A stretch of 64,000 bases of DNA from an uncultured archaeon (GTDB lineage Archaea > Nanohalarchaeota > Nanosalinia > Nanosalinales > Nanoanaerosalinaceae). A program made the position numbers and the translations under genes. The DNA lies in assembly GCA_964517675.1 (NCBI GenBank), contig CAZFEL010000001.1, positions 9,339-73,338 on the forward strand, read 5' to 3'. Positions 1 to 8,615 of this stretch are shown in pieces (position 1 is the first letter of the stretch; each line of letters starts with the position of its first letter). Below the pieces are notes generated by a model. That model was not told the DNA's origin. It ran no database searches and saw nothing but the letters and a program-made list of their open reading frames with translations.

Positions 1-334
1 CTCACCACGACCGATGGACATGGACACGGCCTTCAGTCTGGACAAGGCCGATGTCGGGCCAGCAAGCGATGGCCTCCGATCCGATGACGACATCGAACTC
101 GAGAAACGCGACCGGCCAGGCCCGGCCATCAGCGAGCTGATGGATGAACGAGAGGATATCCACGATGCCGCGATCGAGCGGCTCGGCTTCTACGTGATCA
201 ATGAAGCGGACAGACCGGTCGGGGACGACCGACTGACAGACATCGCCGCCACCCTGACCGGTGAGGCGGCCATCGACGAGGACGTCCACGAACGCATGGA
301 GGACCTTGCCCATCATTACGCCTGTAAGCGGTGA
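1..334 (+). CDS. hypothetical acidic protein (may continue upstream of the window)
   Basis: ORF 14..334 with D/E-rich halophile composition. The frame has no stop back to the window start. Confidence 0.3.
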   Translation, partial: SPRPMDMDTAFSLDKADVGPASDGLRSDDDIELEKRDRPGPAISELMDEREDIHDAAIERLGFYVINEADRPVGDDRLTDIAATLTGEAAIDEDVHERMEDLAHHYACKR

Positions 335-338
335 GACG

Positions 339-683
339 ATGACAGAACCAGACTACGACGAGATGGACGAGGTCGAGCTTGCCCTCCGGCTCAACACCGT
401 CGAGGCGGCGATGTACTGGACCAGCCACGATGCCGCCGACGGCAGGATCGAGCGCGATGTCAGCGACGAGCTCGAGGAACTCGAAAAGACCCGCCAGACC
501 ATCGCCGAGCATCTGCAAGACAGGACAGGGCTCGCAGACCACGATGCCCTCGCTGAGTACGTCAACGAGACCGTCGACCTGTACGAGGACACGATCGAAC
601 TGTACAGGAACGGTGATCTCAAGGACCCGACGGCAGACGAACAGCACATGATCGATACCTACGAGAGACTCGATACCCTCTGA
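339..683 (+). CDS. hypothetical acidic protein
   Basis: ATG at 339 inside ORF 261..683 (the Arg/Ser/Thr-rich N-terminus of the longer ORF is unlikely). Acidic composition. Confidence 0.4.
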   Translation: MTEPDYDEMDEVELALRLNTVEAAMYWTSHDAADGRIERDVSDELEELEKTRQTIAEHLQDRTGLADHDALAEYVNETVDLYEDTIELYRNGDLKDPTADEQHMIDTYERLDTL

Positions 684-698
684 GAAAAACCGGCCCGG

Positions 699-1067
699 TC
701 ACCGGAGCTCGATGGACGCAGGCTCCGGGAGCTCATCATCCAGCTCAGCGGTCTCCAGAGCCTCGCCTCGCTCCTGCTCGCGGTACTCAGCCCACTGCCG
801 GGTGCGGACGGTCTGGCGTCCGTACTCGAGCTCGTACTCGATCACCACCGTCGGCCCCTGGAGCTTCGTGGAGAACGGATGGAACCGGCGGGGTCTGTCC
901 TCGATGTATTTCTCGACATCCATATCGATACCATCCGGATCGCCGCCGTTGTCCTCCACGATCGAGCGGTACTCCGCTGTAGCCTCCTCACAGACAGAAC
1001 AGAACTCCTCCGGATCGACCTCGATCTCGTACGGGTCTGTAACGTCTTCGAACATCATCACCAGCAT
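699..1067 (-). CDS. hypothetical acidic protein
   Basis: 122-aa ORF with halophile-like acidic composition. No recognisable motif. Confidence 0.4.
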   Translation of the reverse strand: MLVMMFEDVTDPYEIEVDPEEFCSVCEEATAEYRSIVEDNGGDPDGIDMDVEKYIEDRPRRFHPFSTKLQGPTVVIEYELEYGRQTVRTRQWAEYREQERGEALETAELDDELPEPASIELR

Positions 1068-1385
1068 TGGACAGGACAGTATTTCAATGCAGAGGGGGCG
1101 GCCCAGGACGGTTCACGCGCGTGAACCCGATCCCCCGGCGTCGCCGGCGTCAGGACACCGAATATCGATCCGAAAACCATCCCAGCGAGGATCTCCACGC
1201 CCAGGATCGGGACGCCGTCTTTCTCCAGCGGGCTGAGAAGATAGTTGGTCCCATAGACGATCGTCAGCGCCAGCACGAACTCGAATGTCAGCGCCACTGC
1301 ACCATGCGATGGCGGGACGGGATTTTAATACATCACCCGGCCGACCGACAGGCTTAAGTAGTTACCTCGAAGTACTAAAGGTGCG

Positions 1386-2129
1386 ATGGAGACATACATC
1401 CAGACCGATGCCTACACTGTACAGGCCTACAGCGCTTTAGACGAGGATATCGAAGCGCAGGCCCCGCCGTGGCTGCAGGACCTTGCGGACCCTGGACGGG
1501 ACAGGACTCTTGAGGCAGCAGGACGCGTTCATCATACACTCGAGGATATGATCGATCAGTATCCAATGGATAAGGACGTCACAATCGCCATCGGAGAGGC
1601 AACGGAACCGTTCATCAAGGACGAGATGGACGGGGCGACCGGTGGCAACTTCGGGATGACCTCGATCGTCTGTTACAGCCCGGAAGTCGATGGCTGGGCG
1701 GATGAGCTGGGGACAGCGACAGCACACGAGTACGCCCACGGATCCTATATCGAGCAGGCCAGAGAAATCGGTCAGGGCGATGGCGTGTACAGGAAATGGC
1801 AGCAGGTCCTGCTGGAAGCCCACGGCATGCATATCACGGACAGGATAACCGACAGCGACCCGCCATGGCGTGGTGCGGTCGATGAGGACTACATGACGCG
1901 GAGAAAAGAGGATATACACGAGGAACTGAACGAGCCCGCAGTCTGGACCGATACTGATGAGGACGGGCTGCCGTTTTTCGGCGGTGGAGGCGACTGGCAG
2001 CGCTGGACCGGCTACAGCCTCGCCTGGCGGCTCGGCGACCATCTCCTGGAGGACAAGGAACTCTCGGACCTGCCAGCGATGACATACGAGGAGACCTGCG
2101 ATGCCGTCGACGATCTCCTGTCGTCCTGA
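1386..2129 (+). CDS. putative zinc-dependent peptidase-like protein (HExxH motif)
   Basis: 247-aa ORF containing HEYAHGSY (HExxH), as in DUF2268-type predicted metalloproteases. Confidence 0.5.
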   Translation: METYIQTDAYTVQAYSALDEDIEAQAPPWLQDLADPGRDRTLEAAGRVHHTLEDMIDQYPMDKDVTIAIGEATEPFIKDEMDGATGGNFGMTSIVCYSPEVDGWADELGTATAHEYAHGSYIEQAREIGQGDGVYRKWQQVLLEAHGMHITDRITDSDPPWRGAVDEDYMTRRKEDIHEELNEPAVWTDTDEDGLPFFGGGGDWQRWTGYSLAWRLGDHLLEDKELSDLPAMTYEETCDAVDDLLSS

Positions 2130-2786
2130 TCAAGCTACATCGATCGCTTCTCCTGTCGCATCAGCCTGGCTCGTCTCGTAGATGACATCCGCAACCTTCG
2201 ACGGCTCGTCTCCCTCGAAGCCCGTCATTGCGGTCTTTGTCCTCCGCGGACAGACGGCATTCACAGTAACATCGTCCAGCTCCGTCGCGACAGCATCACT
2301 GAACCGGATGACCGCCGCCTTCGACCCGCAGTACGCAGCAAGGCCCGGGGATCCGTTTTTCCCGGCCACGGATGCGATGTTGACGATCGAAGCATCCTCC
2401 GCCAGGTGCTCGAGAGAGGCTTGCGTGCAGTGAAAGACACCGTAGACGTTGACCCGCATGATGGTATCGAAGGTCTCGACGTCCATCTCCCCAATCGGGG
2501 CGGTCTCGGCGATCCCTGCGTTGTTGACGATGACATCGATCATGCCCATCCGCGCCCTGACCATCTCGAAGGCCCGGTCGACCTGCTCGCGGTCCGTGAC
2601 ATCCGCCTGGACGAAGGTAGCGGTCCCGGCGTCCTGCTGGATGAGCTGGTGGGTCGGTGTGCCACCCTCCCGCGGTTCCTCCTGCCTATCAAGGACGGCG
2701 ACCTGGTAGCCCTCCTCGTGGAACCGCTGACATGTTTCCCTACCGATACCGGATGACCCGCCCGTGACAAGAACTGTCCGCGTCAT
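2130..2786 (-). CDS. short-chain dehydrogenase/reductase (SDR) family oxidoreductase
   Basis: N-terminal VTGGSSGIGR Rossmann motif, NNAG, and YxxxK (YCGSKAA). ATG at 2786. Confidence 0.85.
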   Translation of the reverse strand: MTRTVLVTGGSSGIGRETCQRFHEEGYQVAVLDRQEEPREGGTPTHQLIQQDAGTATFVQADVTDREQVDRAFEMVRARMGMIDVIVNNAGIAETAPIGEMDVETFDTIMRVNVYGVFHCTQASLEHLAEDASIVNIASVAGKNGSPGLAAYCGSKAAVIRFSDAVATELDDVTVNAVCPRRTKTAMTGFEGDEPSKVADVIYETSQADATGEAIDVA

Positions 2787-2830
2787 ACAGCAGGTTCAGG
2801 GCCGAGCATTAAGACGGTTTCGGCCCATGA

Positions 2831-3310
2831 TCAGAGCCCGTCCAGCCCGACAGCCTCGAGGTGCTCGTCATAGTCGTCCACATCATCGAGATCGGGGTAC
2901 TCCCGTTCGAGGTCGATCGCAGCGAGGGGCTCCCTGTCGGTCCGCTCGGTGACCTGCTCAAGCACATCGAGGGTCACCGCTACCGCGACATAGGCATCAT
3001 CGAGGGCGTTGTAGAAGTCATCGATATCCCTGTCCGCCGCCGGCATCACATGGGTGTCACGACGCCTGTCATAGATCACGTCCTCATAGAGCCCATCATC
3101 GAACCGTTCATCGGCCTCCTCCAGCTGGGTGGCGATATCGCGCTCGTACCGGTCGAGCTCGGCCGCATCGAGGGCCATCCCGGAACCGTGATCGTCCGGT
3201 TCGGCTGTCTGGTCGATGGCACCGACGTACTCGATAGCCAAGGACAGTGCGGCCTCTGCCTCCCGCCTGGCCGTGTCGGCCATGTCATCGTAGAGGCGTC
3301 GTGATTGCAT
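2831..3310 (-). CDS. hypothetical acidic protein
   Basis: ORF 2831..3628, with start taken at the internal ATG (3310) because the upstream part is Arg/Pro-rich and implausible. The remainder is strongly acidic. Confidence 0.45.
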   Translation of the reverse strand: MQSRRLYDDMADTARREAEAALSLAIEYVGAIDQTAEPDDHGSGMALDAAELDRYERDIATQLEEADERFDDGLYEDVIYDRRRDTHVMPAADRDIDDFYNALDDAYVAVAVTLDVLEQVTERTDREPLAAIDLEREYPDLDDVDDYDEHLEAVGLDGL

Positions 3311-3363
3311 GGTAACATCATGTCGACGGCGCTGTTTAAAGCTTCGGGACCGGATATTAAACA

Positions 3364-3798
3364 GTGGCGGGATACCCTCCGGATATGCGCGAACTGAAAC
3401 AGGCCATAGCGAAGCTACAGTCCGGCGGTTCTGCGGACGGGACAACGACCTACGGCAACGTCGACCTGCCATACGAGGTGCCCGGCGATGAGCTGGTCCA
3501 GAAGGCGACCGATGCCCTCGAGGCATTCGCCCGGGATGAAAGCTACACAACAGACGTCCAGGAACGGCGGCAGCGATATCTCCCGGACAAGGACAGGCAG
3601 ATCCTCGAATCGAGCCGGCTCGAGGCACGTTCGAGGAAAGGCATCCACCGGAAACTGTTCACCGGATCCAGAGAGGGATTTTTCCTCCATATCGATCACG
3701 AGCGGTCCTACGATGAGGTCGGTATCGATACCATCGGCGGCACGGTCCCCGAGAGCGACATCGATGCCTTCGTTGAACACCTGTACGAGCAGTTCTGA
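3364..3798 (+). CDS. hypothetical protein
   Basis: 144-aa ORF. Alternative start at M8 (3385). TATA-like TTTAAAG about 25-40 nt upstream. Confidence 0.45.
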   Translation: MAGYPPDMRELKQAIAKLQSGGSADGTTTYGNVDLPYEVPGDELVQKATDALEAFARDESYTTDVQERRQRYLPDKDRQILESSRLEARSRKGIHRKLFTGSREGFFLHIDHERSYDEVGIDTIGGTVPESDIDAFVEHLYEQF

Positions 3799-3841
3799 GA
3801 CAGACACAACCTTTATCTACCTATCAGCCCCCACTCCAATC

Positions 3842-4045
3842 ATGGACCTGCTCGAGCGACTGGCACAGCAGTACAGCAATGCCACAGGGCGGGCCAGGGA
3901 GCTGGCATCACAGGTCATCCACAGCAACGTGTTGCCCGTGAAGACACAGGGCGTCATCGAGCTCGCCGCGATGCCAATCATCGATGTCAACGAGCGACTG
4001 GCAACAACACTGCGTTCACGGCTGCGTGAATCTTCAGAGATTTAA
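3842..4045 (+). CDS. small hypothetical protein (67 aa)
   Basis: ATG at 3842 inside longer ORF 3488..4045. The upstream part of that ORF is Ser/Arg-rich junk. Confidence 0.3.
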   Translation: MDLLERLAQQYSNATGRARELASQVIHSNVLPVKTQGVIELAAMPIIDVNERLATTLRSRLRESSEI

Positions 4046-4068
4046 ACCAGCCCATCCAATCAGCCCCC

Positions 4069-4245
4069 ATGGTCCAGCAGTCCATCCTGATCGGCACCGG
4101 GCTCATCGTCCTCGGGCTCGCAGGCCTGTTCGTGCTTCTCCGCCGACTGCGGCGACTGCGGGCCGAGCGCAGGGATGCCGACCGGAAGATAGCCGAGCTC
4201 GAGACCGAGATAGCCGATCTCCCGGACTCCGAGAGGGATGAGTGA
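4069..4245 (+). CDS. small membrane protein (58 aa; one TM helix plus a charged coiled tail)
   Basis: Translation MVQQSILIGTGLIVLGLAGLFVLLRRLRRLRAERRDADRKIAELETEIADLPDSERDE. It falls below the 60-aa ORF-track cutoff. Confidence 0.4.
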   Translation: MVQQSILIGTGLIVLGLAGLFVLLRRLRRLRAERRDADRKIAELETEIADLPDSERDE

Positions 4246-4322
4246 TCTCATCACCCCGAAAAAGCCTCGTGCACGACACAAGACACGGGACAGTTTTTAA
4301 GTGTCACCAGGAAAGGACAAGC

Positions 4323-5114
4323 ATGGACAACCTCGGTGACATCTTCCTCATCGGCGAACAGCACACCAACGAAGCCCACGCGCAGGCCCAGCGGGCGATC
4401 ATCGAGGACCTCGAACCCGATGTCGTCCTGCGTGAGGGGTTCAACGACAGGGACTGGGACGAGATCGAGGAGACCGTCGACCAGATAGGGACGACCTACA
4501 GCCTGCAGCGCCTCGATTCAACCCTTCAGGAACGGTACGGTATCGATGCATCATTCGATGACGTCCACGATGATCTGTACCACAAGCCATGGCCCGACAT
4601 GGATCCCAGCGATATCCTCACCCTCTCCAATACCGCCAAGGAGATAGCACAGGACTACAGCGAGACCAGCGACGACGGCCCCATCGACCTCCTCAAGATG
4701 GCCGCAGAGAAGTACAGGATCTACCACGACGTCGCCGTCTCCCCATCCAGCACCGCCGTCCATCGGTCCATGCTCGCCGTCCACGATCTCAGGCAGGACG
4801 GGATCGAGACAACGGTCCGGGGCTGTGACATCGATAAACAGGCCCACATCGAGGACCTGGACAAGGACAAGATCGAGGACGCGTTCATGGACGAGGAACT
4901 CATCGAGGCCCGGGAGGACACGATGGCCGACCGCATCATGGAGGCAGCCGACGAGAGCAAGACCGTCATCGGGGTCATCGGCCGGTACCATCACCGTGGT
5001 GTCCGCGAGCGACTCGAGGCCGAGAGGTACGATATCGACGGCGGTATCATGCCCGGCACATCAGGGCAAAGTGATGCGTACGGGGAAAGCGTCATCGCAC
5101 AGTATGAGACATAG
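4323..5114 (+). CDS. TraB/GumN/Tiki-like family protein (hypothetical)
   Basis: N-terminal LIGEQHT and C-terminal VIGVIGRYHHRG resemble the GxxH ... GxGH motifs of the TraB/PrgY/GumN superfamily. TATA-like TTTTTAAG about 30 nt upstream of ATG 4323. Confidence 0.45.
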   Translation: MDNLGDIFLIGEQHTNEAHAQAQRAIIEDLEPDVVLREGFNDRDWDEIEETVDQIGTTYSLQRLDSTLQERYGIDASFDDVHDDLYHKPWPDMDPSDILTLSNTAKEIAQDYSETSDDGPIDLLKMAAEKYRIYHDVAVSPSSTAVHRSMLAVHDLRQDGIETTVRGCDIDKQAHIEDLDKDKIEDAFMDEELIEAREDTMADRIMEAADESKTVIGVIGRYHHRGVRERLEAERYDIDGGIMPGTSGQSDAYGESVIAQYET

Positions 5115-5137
5115 AAAGAAAGAGAGAAAGGGTGCGG

Positions 5138-5626
5138 CTACCGGACGTGGCTGACATCCGACCGCGTGTAATCGTGGACCTCGCTCTCGTCGAACCAGAT
5201 CGCGACCTCGTCGTTAGCCTCTTCGAGGTTGCCAGAGGCGTGGACGATGTTCTTGACCGCCTTGCCCTCCTCATCAGCGTGATCAAAGGAGACATGAGCG
5301 AAATCGCCACGGATGGTCCCCGGCTGGGCTTCCTTCGGAGCGGTCTCACCGACGAGCTTCCGGACGTTCTCGACAGCGTTGACACCCTCCAGCACCATCG
5401 CGACGATCGGTCCCTCCTGCATGAACTCCTTCAGACCCTGGTAGAAGTCCTTGTCCACGTGCTCGGAGTAATGATCCTGCAGGATATCATCGTCCGCCTG
5501 GACCATCTTCATCGCCGACAGCCGCATGCCGGACCGCTCGAACCGTTTGATCACATCCCCGACGATGCCACGCTGGACAGCGTCAGGCTTCAGCGCCACG
5601 AACGTTCGTTCTAGATGCTCAGTCAT
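5138..5626 (-). CDS. ndk: nucleoside diphosphate kinase
   Basis: ERTFVALKPDAVQRG ... NIVHASG, a classic NDK signature. 162 aa. Confidence 0.95.
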   Translation of the reverse strand: MTEHLERTFVALKPDAVQRGIVGDVIKRFERSGMRLSAMKMVQADDDILQDHYSEHVDKDFYQGLKEFMQEGPIVAMVLEGVNAVENVRKLVGETAPKEAQPGTIRGDFAHVSFDHADEEGKAVKNIVHASGNLEEANDEVAIWFDESEVHDYTRSDVSHVR

Positions 5627-5630
5627 ACTA

Positions 5631-6050
5631 TCACCGGATATCGTCCCACTCCTGGACAGGGGGATACGTCTGATCGCACCCGAGCAGTGTTATCCGTTCA
5701 TCCTCCTCGGCCCACTGGCTGCAGGTCCTGTTCTTGTATGTCGCCTCCTCGGCCCACGACGTCCCCTCGTGATCGCCCTTACAGAGGTTGTACGCCTGCA
5801 CACCGCATTCTGCCTCGACCATGCGATACGCATCGACCTGGGAGATATTGTAACACTGCGTCGAGCGCTGCTCGACCCCGATACACTGGCCCGATACCTC
5901 ATAGCCGGAACAGGACAGATCAGTATCGCAGTACCCAAAATCCATCGCATCTCCCTTATCCAGGGCGACGTTGTGTGCCCCCGCCATGCCGGCAAGGATG
6001 AGGACCATCACGCCGATGTAGAGATAATCCCTGTCGAGGCCGGACATCAT
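5631..6050 (-). CDS. cysteine-rich membrane-anchored extracytoplasmic protein
   Basis: N-terminal hydrophobic anchor followed by an 8-Cys domain. Sits 5 nt upstream of ndk on the same strand (likely co-transcribed). Confidence 0.55.
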   Translation of the reverse strand: MMSGLDRDYLYIGVMVLILAGMAGAHNVALDKGDAMDFGYCDTDLSCSGYEVSGQCIGVEQRSTQCYNISQVDAYRMVEAECGVQAYNLCKGDHEGTSWAEEATYKNRTCSQWAEEDERITLLGCDQTYPPVQEWDDIR

Positions 6051-6142
6051 ACAGCGGAGATGGCGAGCAACTTTTAATAATGTGGCAGGGACCGGCGACG
6101 TACATAACAGCGTGATGAAACGGAGAGGTCCGCCGGCAACGC

Positions 6143-6151
6143 ATTTAATAC
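6143..6151 (+). promoter_or_regulatory. TATA-box-like element upstream of the HerA-like ATPase gene
   Basis: TTTAATA about 30 nt upstream of ATG 6180, matching archaeal leaderless promoter geometry. Confidence 0.35.
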
Positions 6152-6179
6152 TTGCAGCCCCACTGCTTTCCGTCTACCT

Positions 6180-8204
6180 ATGGAACTCGGAACAGTCGAG
6201 GGCGCTGTCAACACTGAGAAATTCCACTTCGAGGCCCACAAGGACGTCGAGAAGTTCGACTTCATCGCTGTGAAGGCCAACACAGATGAGGCCGAGTGGA
6301 TGCTCGCCCAGATCAACGAGGTCGAGAAGAAACCTCTTGATGATTCCGAGAAGGTCGATGAGGCCTACAAGACTGTTGCAGAGGCCAACATCATCGGTTA
6401 CCGGAACAAGGGCCTCCTGAAGAAACCGAGATCCGTCATTGAGCCGGACTCGATCGTCTACCGGGCGGACCAGGACCTGATCTCCGAGACGCTGGGACTG
6501 GATCAGAACGGGCTGTACATGGGCCAGCTGCTCTCGGACCCTGATATCGATATCTTCCTCGATCCCGAGGACCTCTACAAGCATTTCGCGGTCTTGGCCA
6601 AGACCGGCGCGGGTAAGTCATACTCGACGGCCGTGATGATCGAAGAGCTACTCGCGAAGGACTATCCGGTCCTGATCATCGACCCGCACGGCGAGTACCA
6701 CAGCCTCTCCCGGCCAAACGATATCAGCGAGGAGGACATGGAGACGTACCACCTCGAACCCGAGAGCTTCGATGCGAAGAGTTACTCGACGAACACGGAG
6801 CTCAACCGGGAGGCCCGGCAGTTGACGTTCTCCTCGAGGAACATGTCCGCAAAGGAGATCCAGCAGGTCGTGCCGACGAACCTGACGAACTCCCAGCTCG
6901 GGGTGCTGTACACCGCCCTGAAGGAGCTGAAAAAGCGTGAGAGCTACACCTTGGACGATGTCATCGAGACCTGCGAGCAGCAGGACTCGAAGGCGAAATG
7001 GAATCTGATCAACATGCTGGAGGCGGTCCGGGACTCTGGCCTGTTCGAGAAGGACCCGACCACCCTGGAGGACCTGGTCGAGCCCGGACGGGCCACGATC
7101 GTCAATCTCCGCGGTGTCGACCCGGAGGTCCAGGAGACTGTCGTGTTCAAGCTCTCGAAGGAGCTGTTCGAGATGCGCAAGCGAGGCAAGCTGGAGCCGT
7201 TCTTCATGGTGATGGAGGAAGCACACAACTTCGTCCCGGAGAAAGGGATGGGAAAGGCGGTCTCGTCGGATATCTTACGGAAGATCGCCTCCGAGGGTCG
7301 GAAGTTCGGGCTGGGGATCGGTGTGATCTCCCAGCGGCCGGCCAACGTCGCGAAGAACATCCTCTCGCAGTGCAACACCCAGCTGATCATGCGTGTGACG
7401 AACCCGAACGACCTGTCCGCGATCTCCCGGAGCTTCGAGGGCGTGACATCCGAGGTCGAGGACTCGATCACCTCCCTGCCGCCCGGTGTGGGCCTTGTCT
7501 TGGGCAAGGAACACCCGATCATGACCGACATCAGGGTCAGGAAGAGCCTCCACGGCGGCGGGATGAAGGACGTCTCAGAGGAAGAAGGCATCGAGAAAGG
7601 AGATGAGGTCCGCGAGGACGACCTCGCTGAGAAGGCCGAGGCCGCAGAGCCCCAGATAGAACCGGAGGAGAACTTGATCGAGGCCTTCGAGCCGGACATG
7701 GATCTTGGGGATCTCCCGGAGGGAGCTGATGATGTGACGACGGCCTACTACCCGATCTACATCGTCGAGACGCCTGTCGGTCGGCTGGCGATCGACGGCG
7801 AGGACGGGGCCATCAAGGCCCGGGACCTGAACCTGACGGACCAGGCGGATTCGGTCCTGGACGCGATCAAGGACCACGACATGCGGCTGAAGGAGCTGTC
7901 GGAGCTGACATCTCTGGACGAGGAGACTATCTCGATGATCCTGGATCGGCTGCGGGAGTACAACCTGGTGGCAAAAGACGATGACCTGTACAGCTACACC
8001 GGTGTCGATCTGTTCGCCCGGGGGATCGGGGAATCGGACGCCGGCAGGGAAAAGGTGATCGAGCCCGATATCGACGAGACGGAGGCAAAAAAGATAGCAA
8101 AGGAAGAGCTGGGCAAGAAGGACGAGTCCATCAGGCTGGTGTATTACCCGTACTACAGGACCGGCAACCGCGTCTTCGATGCGGTGCTGGAGAAAGAGGT
8201 CTGA
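6180..8204 (+). CDS. HerA/FtsK-like P-loop ATPase (DUF87-type) with an acidic linker and a C-terminal wHTH-like extension
   Basis: Walker A LAKTGAGKSYS, Walker B FMVMEEAHNF, and the conserved ISQRPANV...CNTQLIMRVTNPND block typical of HerA/DUF87. The C-terminus carries a putative winged helix (ISMILDRLREYNLVAKDD) and a repeated YYPxY motif. Confidence 0.85.
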   Translation: MELGTVEGAVNTEKFHFEAHKDVEKFDFIAVKANTDEAEWMLAQINEVEKKPLDDSEKVDEAYKTVAEANIIGYRNKGLLKKPRSVIEPDSIVYRADQDLISETLGLDQNGLYMGQLLSDPDIDIFLDPEDLYKHFAVLAKTGAGKSYSTAVMIEELLAKDYPVLIIDPHGEYHSLSRPNDISEEDMETYHLEPESFDAKSYSTNTELNREARQLTFSSRNMSAKEIQQVVPTNLTNSQLGVLYTALKELKKRESYTLDDVIETCEQQDSKAKWNLINMLEAVRDSGLFEKDPTTLEDLVEPGRATIVNLRGVDPEVQETVVFKLSKELFEMRKRGKLEPFFMVMEEAHNFVPEKGMGKAVSSDILRKIASEGRKFGLGIGVISQRPANVAKNILSQCNTQLIMRVTNPNDLSAISRSFEGVTSEVEDSITSLPPGVGLVLGKEHPIMTDIRVRKSLHGGGMKDVSEEEGIEKGDEVREDDLAEKAEAAEPQIEPEENLIEAFEPDMDLGDLPEGADDVTTAYYPIYIVETPVGRLAIDGEDGAIKARDLNLTDQADSVLDAIKDHDMRLKELSELTSLDEETISMILDRLREYNLVAKDDDLYSYTGVDLFARGIGESDAGREKVIEPDIDETEAKKIAKEELGKKDESIRLVYYPYYRTGNRVFDAVLEKEV

Positions 8205-8222
8205 GAGGACCACCGGCAGGGT

Positions 8223-8229
8223 TTAAAAC
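8223..8229 (+). promoter_or_regulatory. TATA-box-like element upstream of the structured leader and tRNA-Val region
   Basis: TTTAAAA about 27 nt upstream of 8256, where the structured element starts. Confidence 0.3.
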
Positions 8230-8255
8230 GCTTACCGCCTAAGGAAAATGACATA

Positions 8256-8355
8256 GGCAAGTCTTCCGGCGGGTTCTGTTCGAACCCGTCAATCGCACTC
8301 CCCAATTTCGGGAGAAATTGGGTCGACCAGCTTCCGTAGGAAGCTGGGACTTGCC
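8256..8355 (+). ncRNA. structured RNA-like element (8-bp terminal inverted repeat enclosing three perfect hairpins)
   Basis: GGCAAGTC at 8256 and GACTTGCC at 8348 bracket three hairpins: GGGTTC...GAACCC, CCAATTTC-GGGA-GAAATTGG, and CCAGCTTCC-GTA-GGAAGCTGG. It sits between a TATA-like box and the tRNA-Val 5' fragment. Confidence 0.3.
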
Positions 8356-8365
8356 GATCTGCAAG

Positions 8366-8388
8366 GGGTCCGTGGTCTAGTTGGTCAG
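8366..8388 (+). repeat. partial copy of the tRNA-Val 5' end (acceptor 5' strand plus D-arm, 23 nt)
   Basis: GGGTCCGTGGTCTAGTTGGTCAG is identical to nt 1-23 of the intact tRNA at 8484 and diverges afterwards. Confidence 0.8.
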
Positions 8389-8483
8389 CTCGGGTTCCGC
8401 CCCGAGTGTGCAGGGCCGGGATTCGCTGACGCGAACCCGGCGGAGATCGCTCGATGTCGCCGGGGCACCGGTGGATACTGCAG

Positions 8484-8557
8484 GGGTCCGTGGTCTAGTT
8501 GGTCAGGACGTCGCCTTGACGTGGCGAAGGTCGGCGGTTCAAATCCGCTCGGACCCA
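8484..8557 (+). tRNA. tRNA-Val (anticodon GAC)
   Basis: Hand-folded cloverleaf: acceptor GGGTCCG/CGGACCC, D-stem GTCT/GGAC, anticodon stem TCGCC/GGCGA with loop TTGACGT, T-arm GGCGG-TTCAAAT-CCGCT, discriminator A. Confidence 0.85.
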
Positions 8558-8615
8558 TCTCGTCTTTCTCGATGCTTAGAGCGTGATTTGAACCTTCTAG
8601 AAGCGCCAGCTTCAT

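Noticed and set aside
1058-1297. 79-aa minus-strand ORF with a hydrophobic N-terminus
   Set aside because: It overlaps the adjacent acidic ORF and its C-terminal half is compositionally implausible. It was left uncalled, but a short membrane protein cannot be excluded.
6998-7606. 202-aa Arg/Gly-rich plus-strand ORF
   Set aside because: Alternative frame inside the HerA-like ATPase gene. Extreme R/G/P bias is typical of off-frame GC-rich translation.
8230-8300. Minus-strand tRNA suggested by a GGGTTCGAAC-like segment
   Set aside because: It forms only a simple hairpin (GGGTTC..GAACCC). There is no acceptor or anticodon arm.
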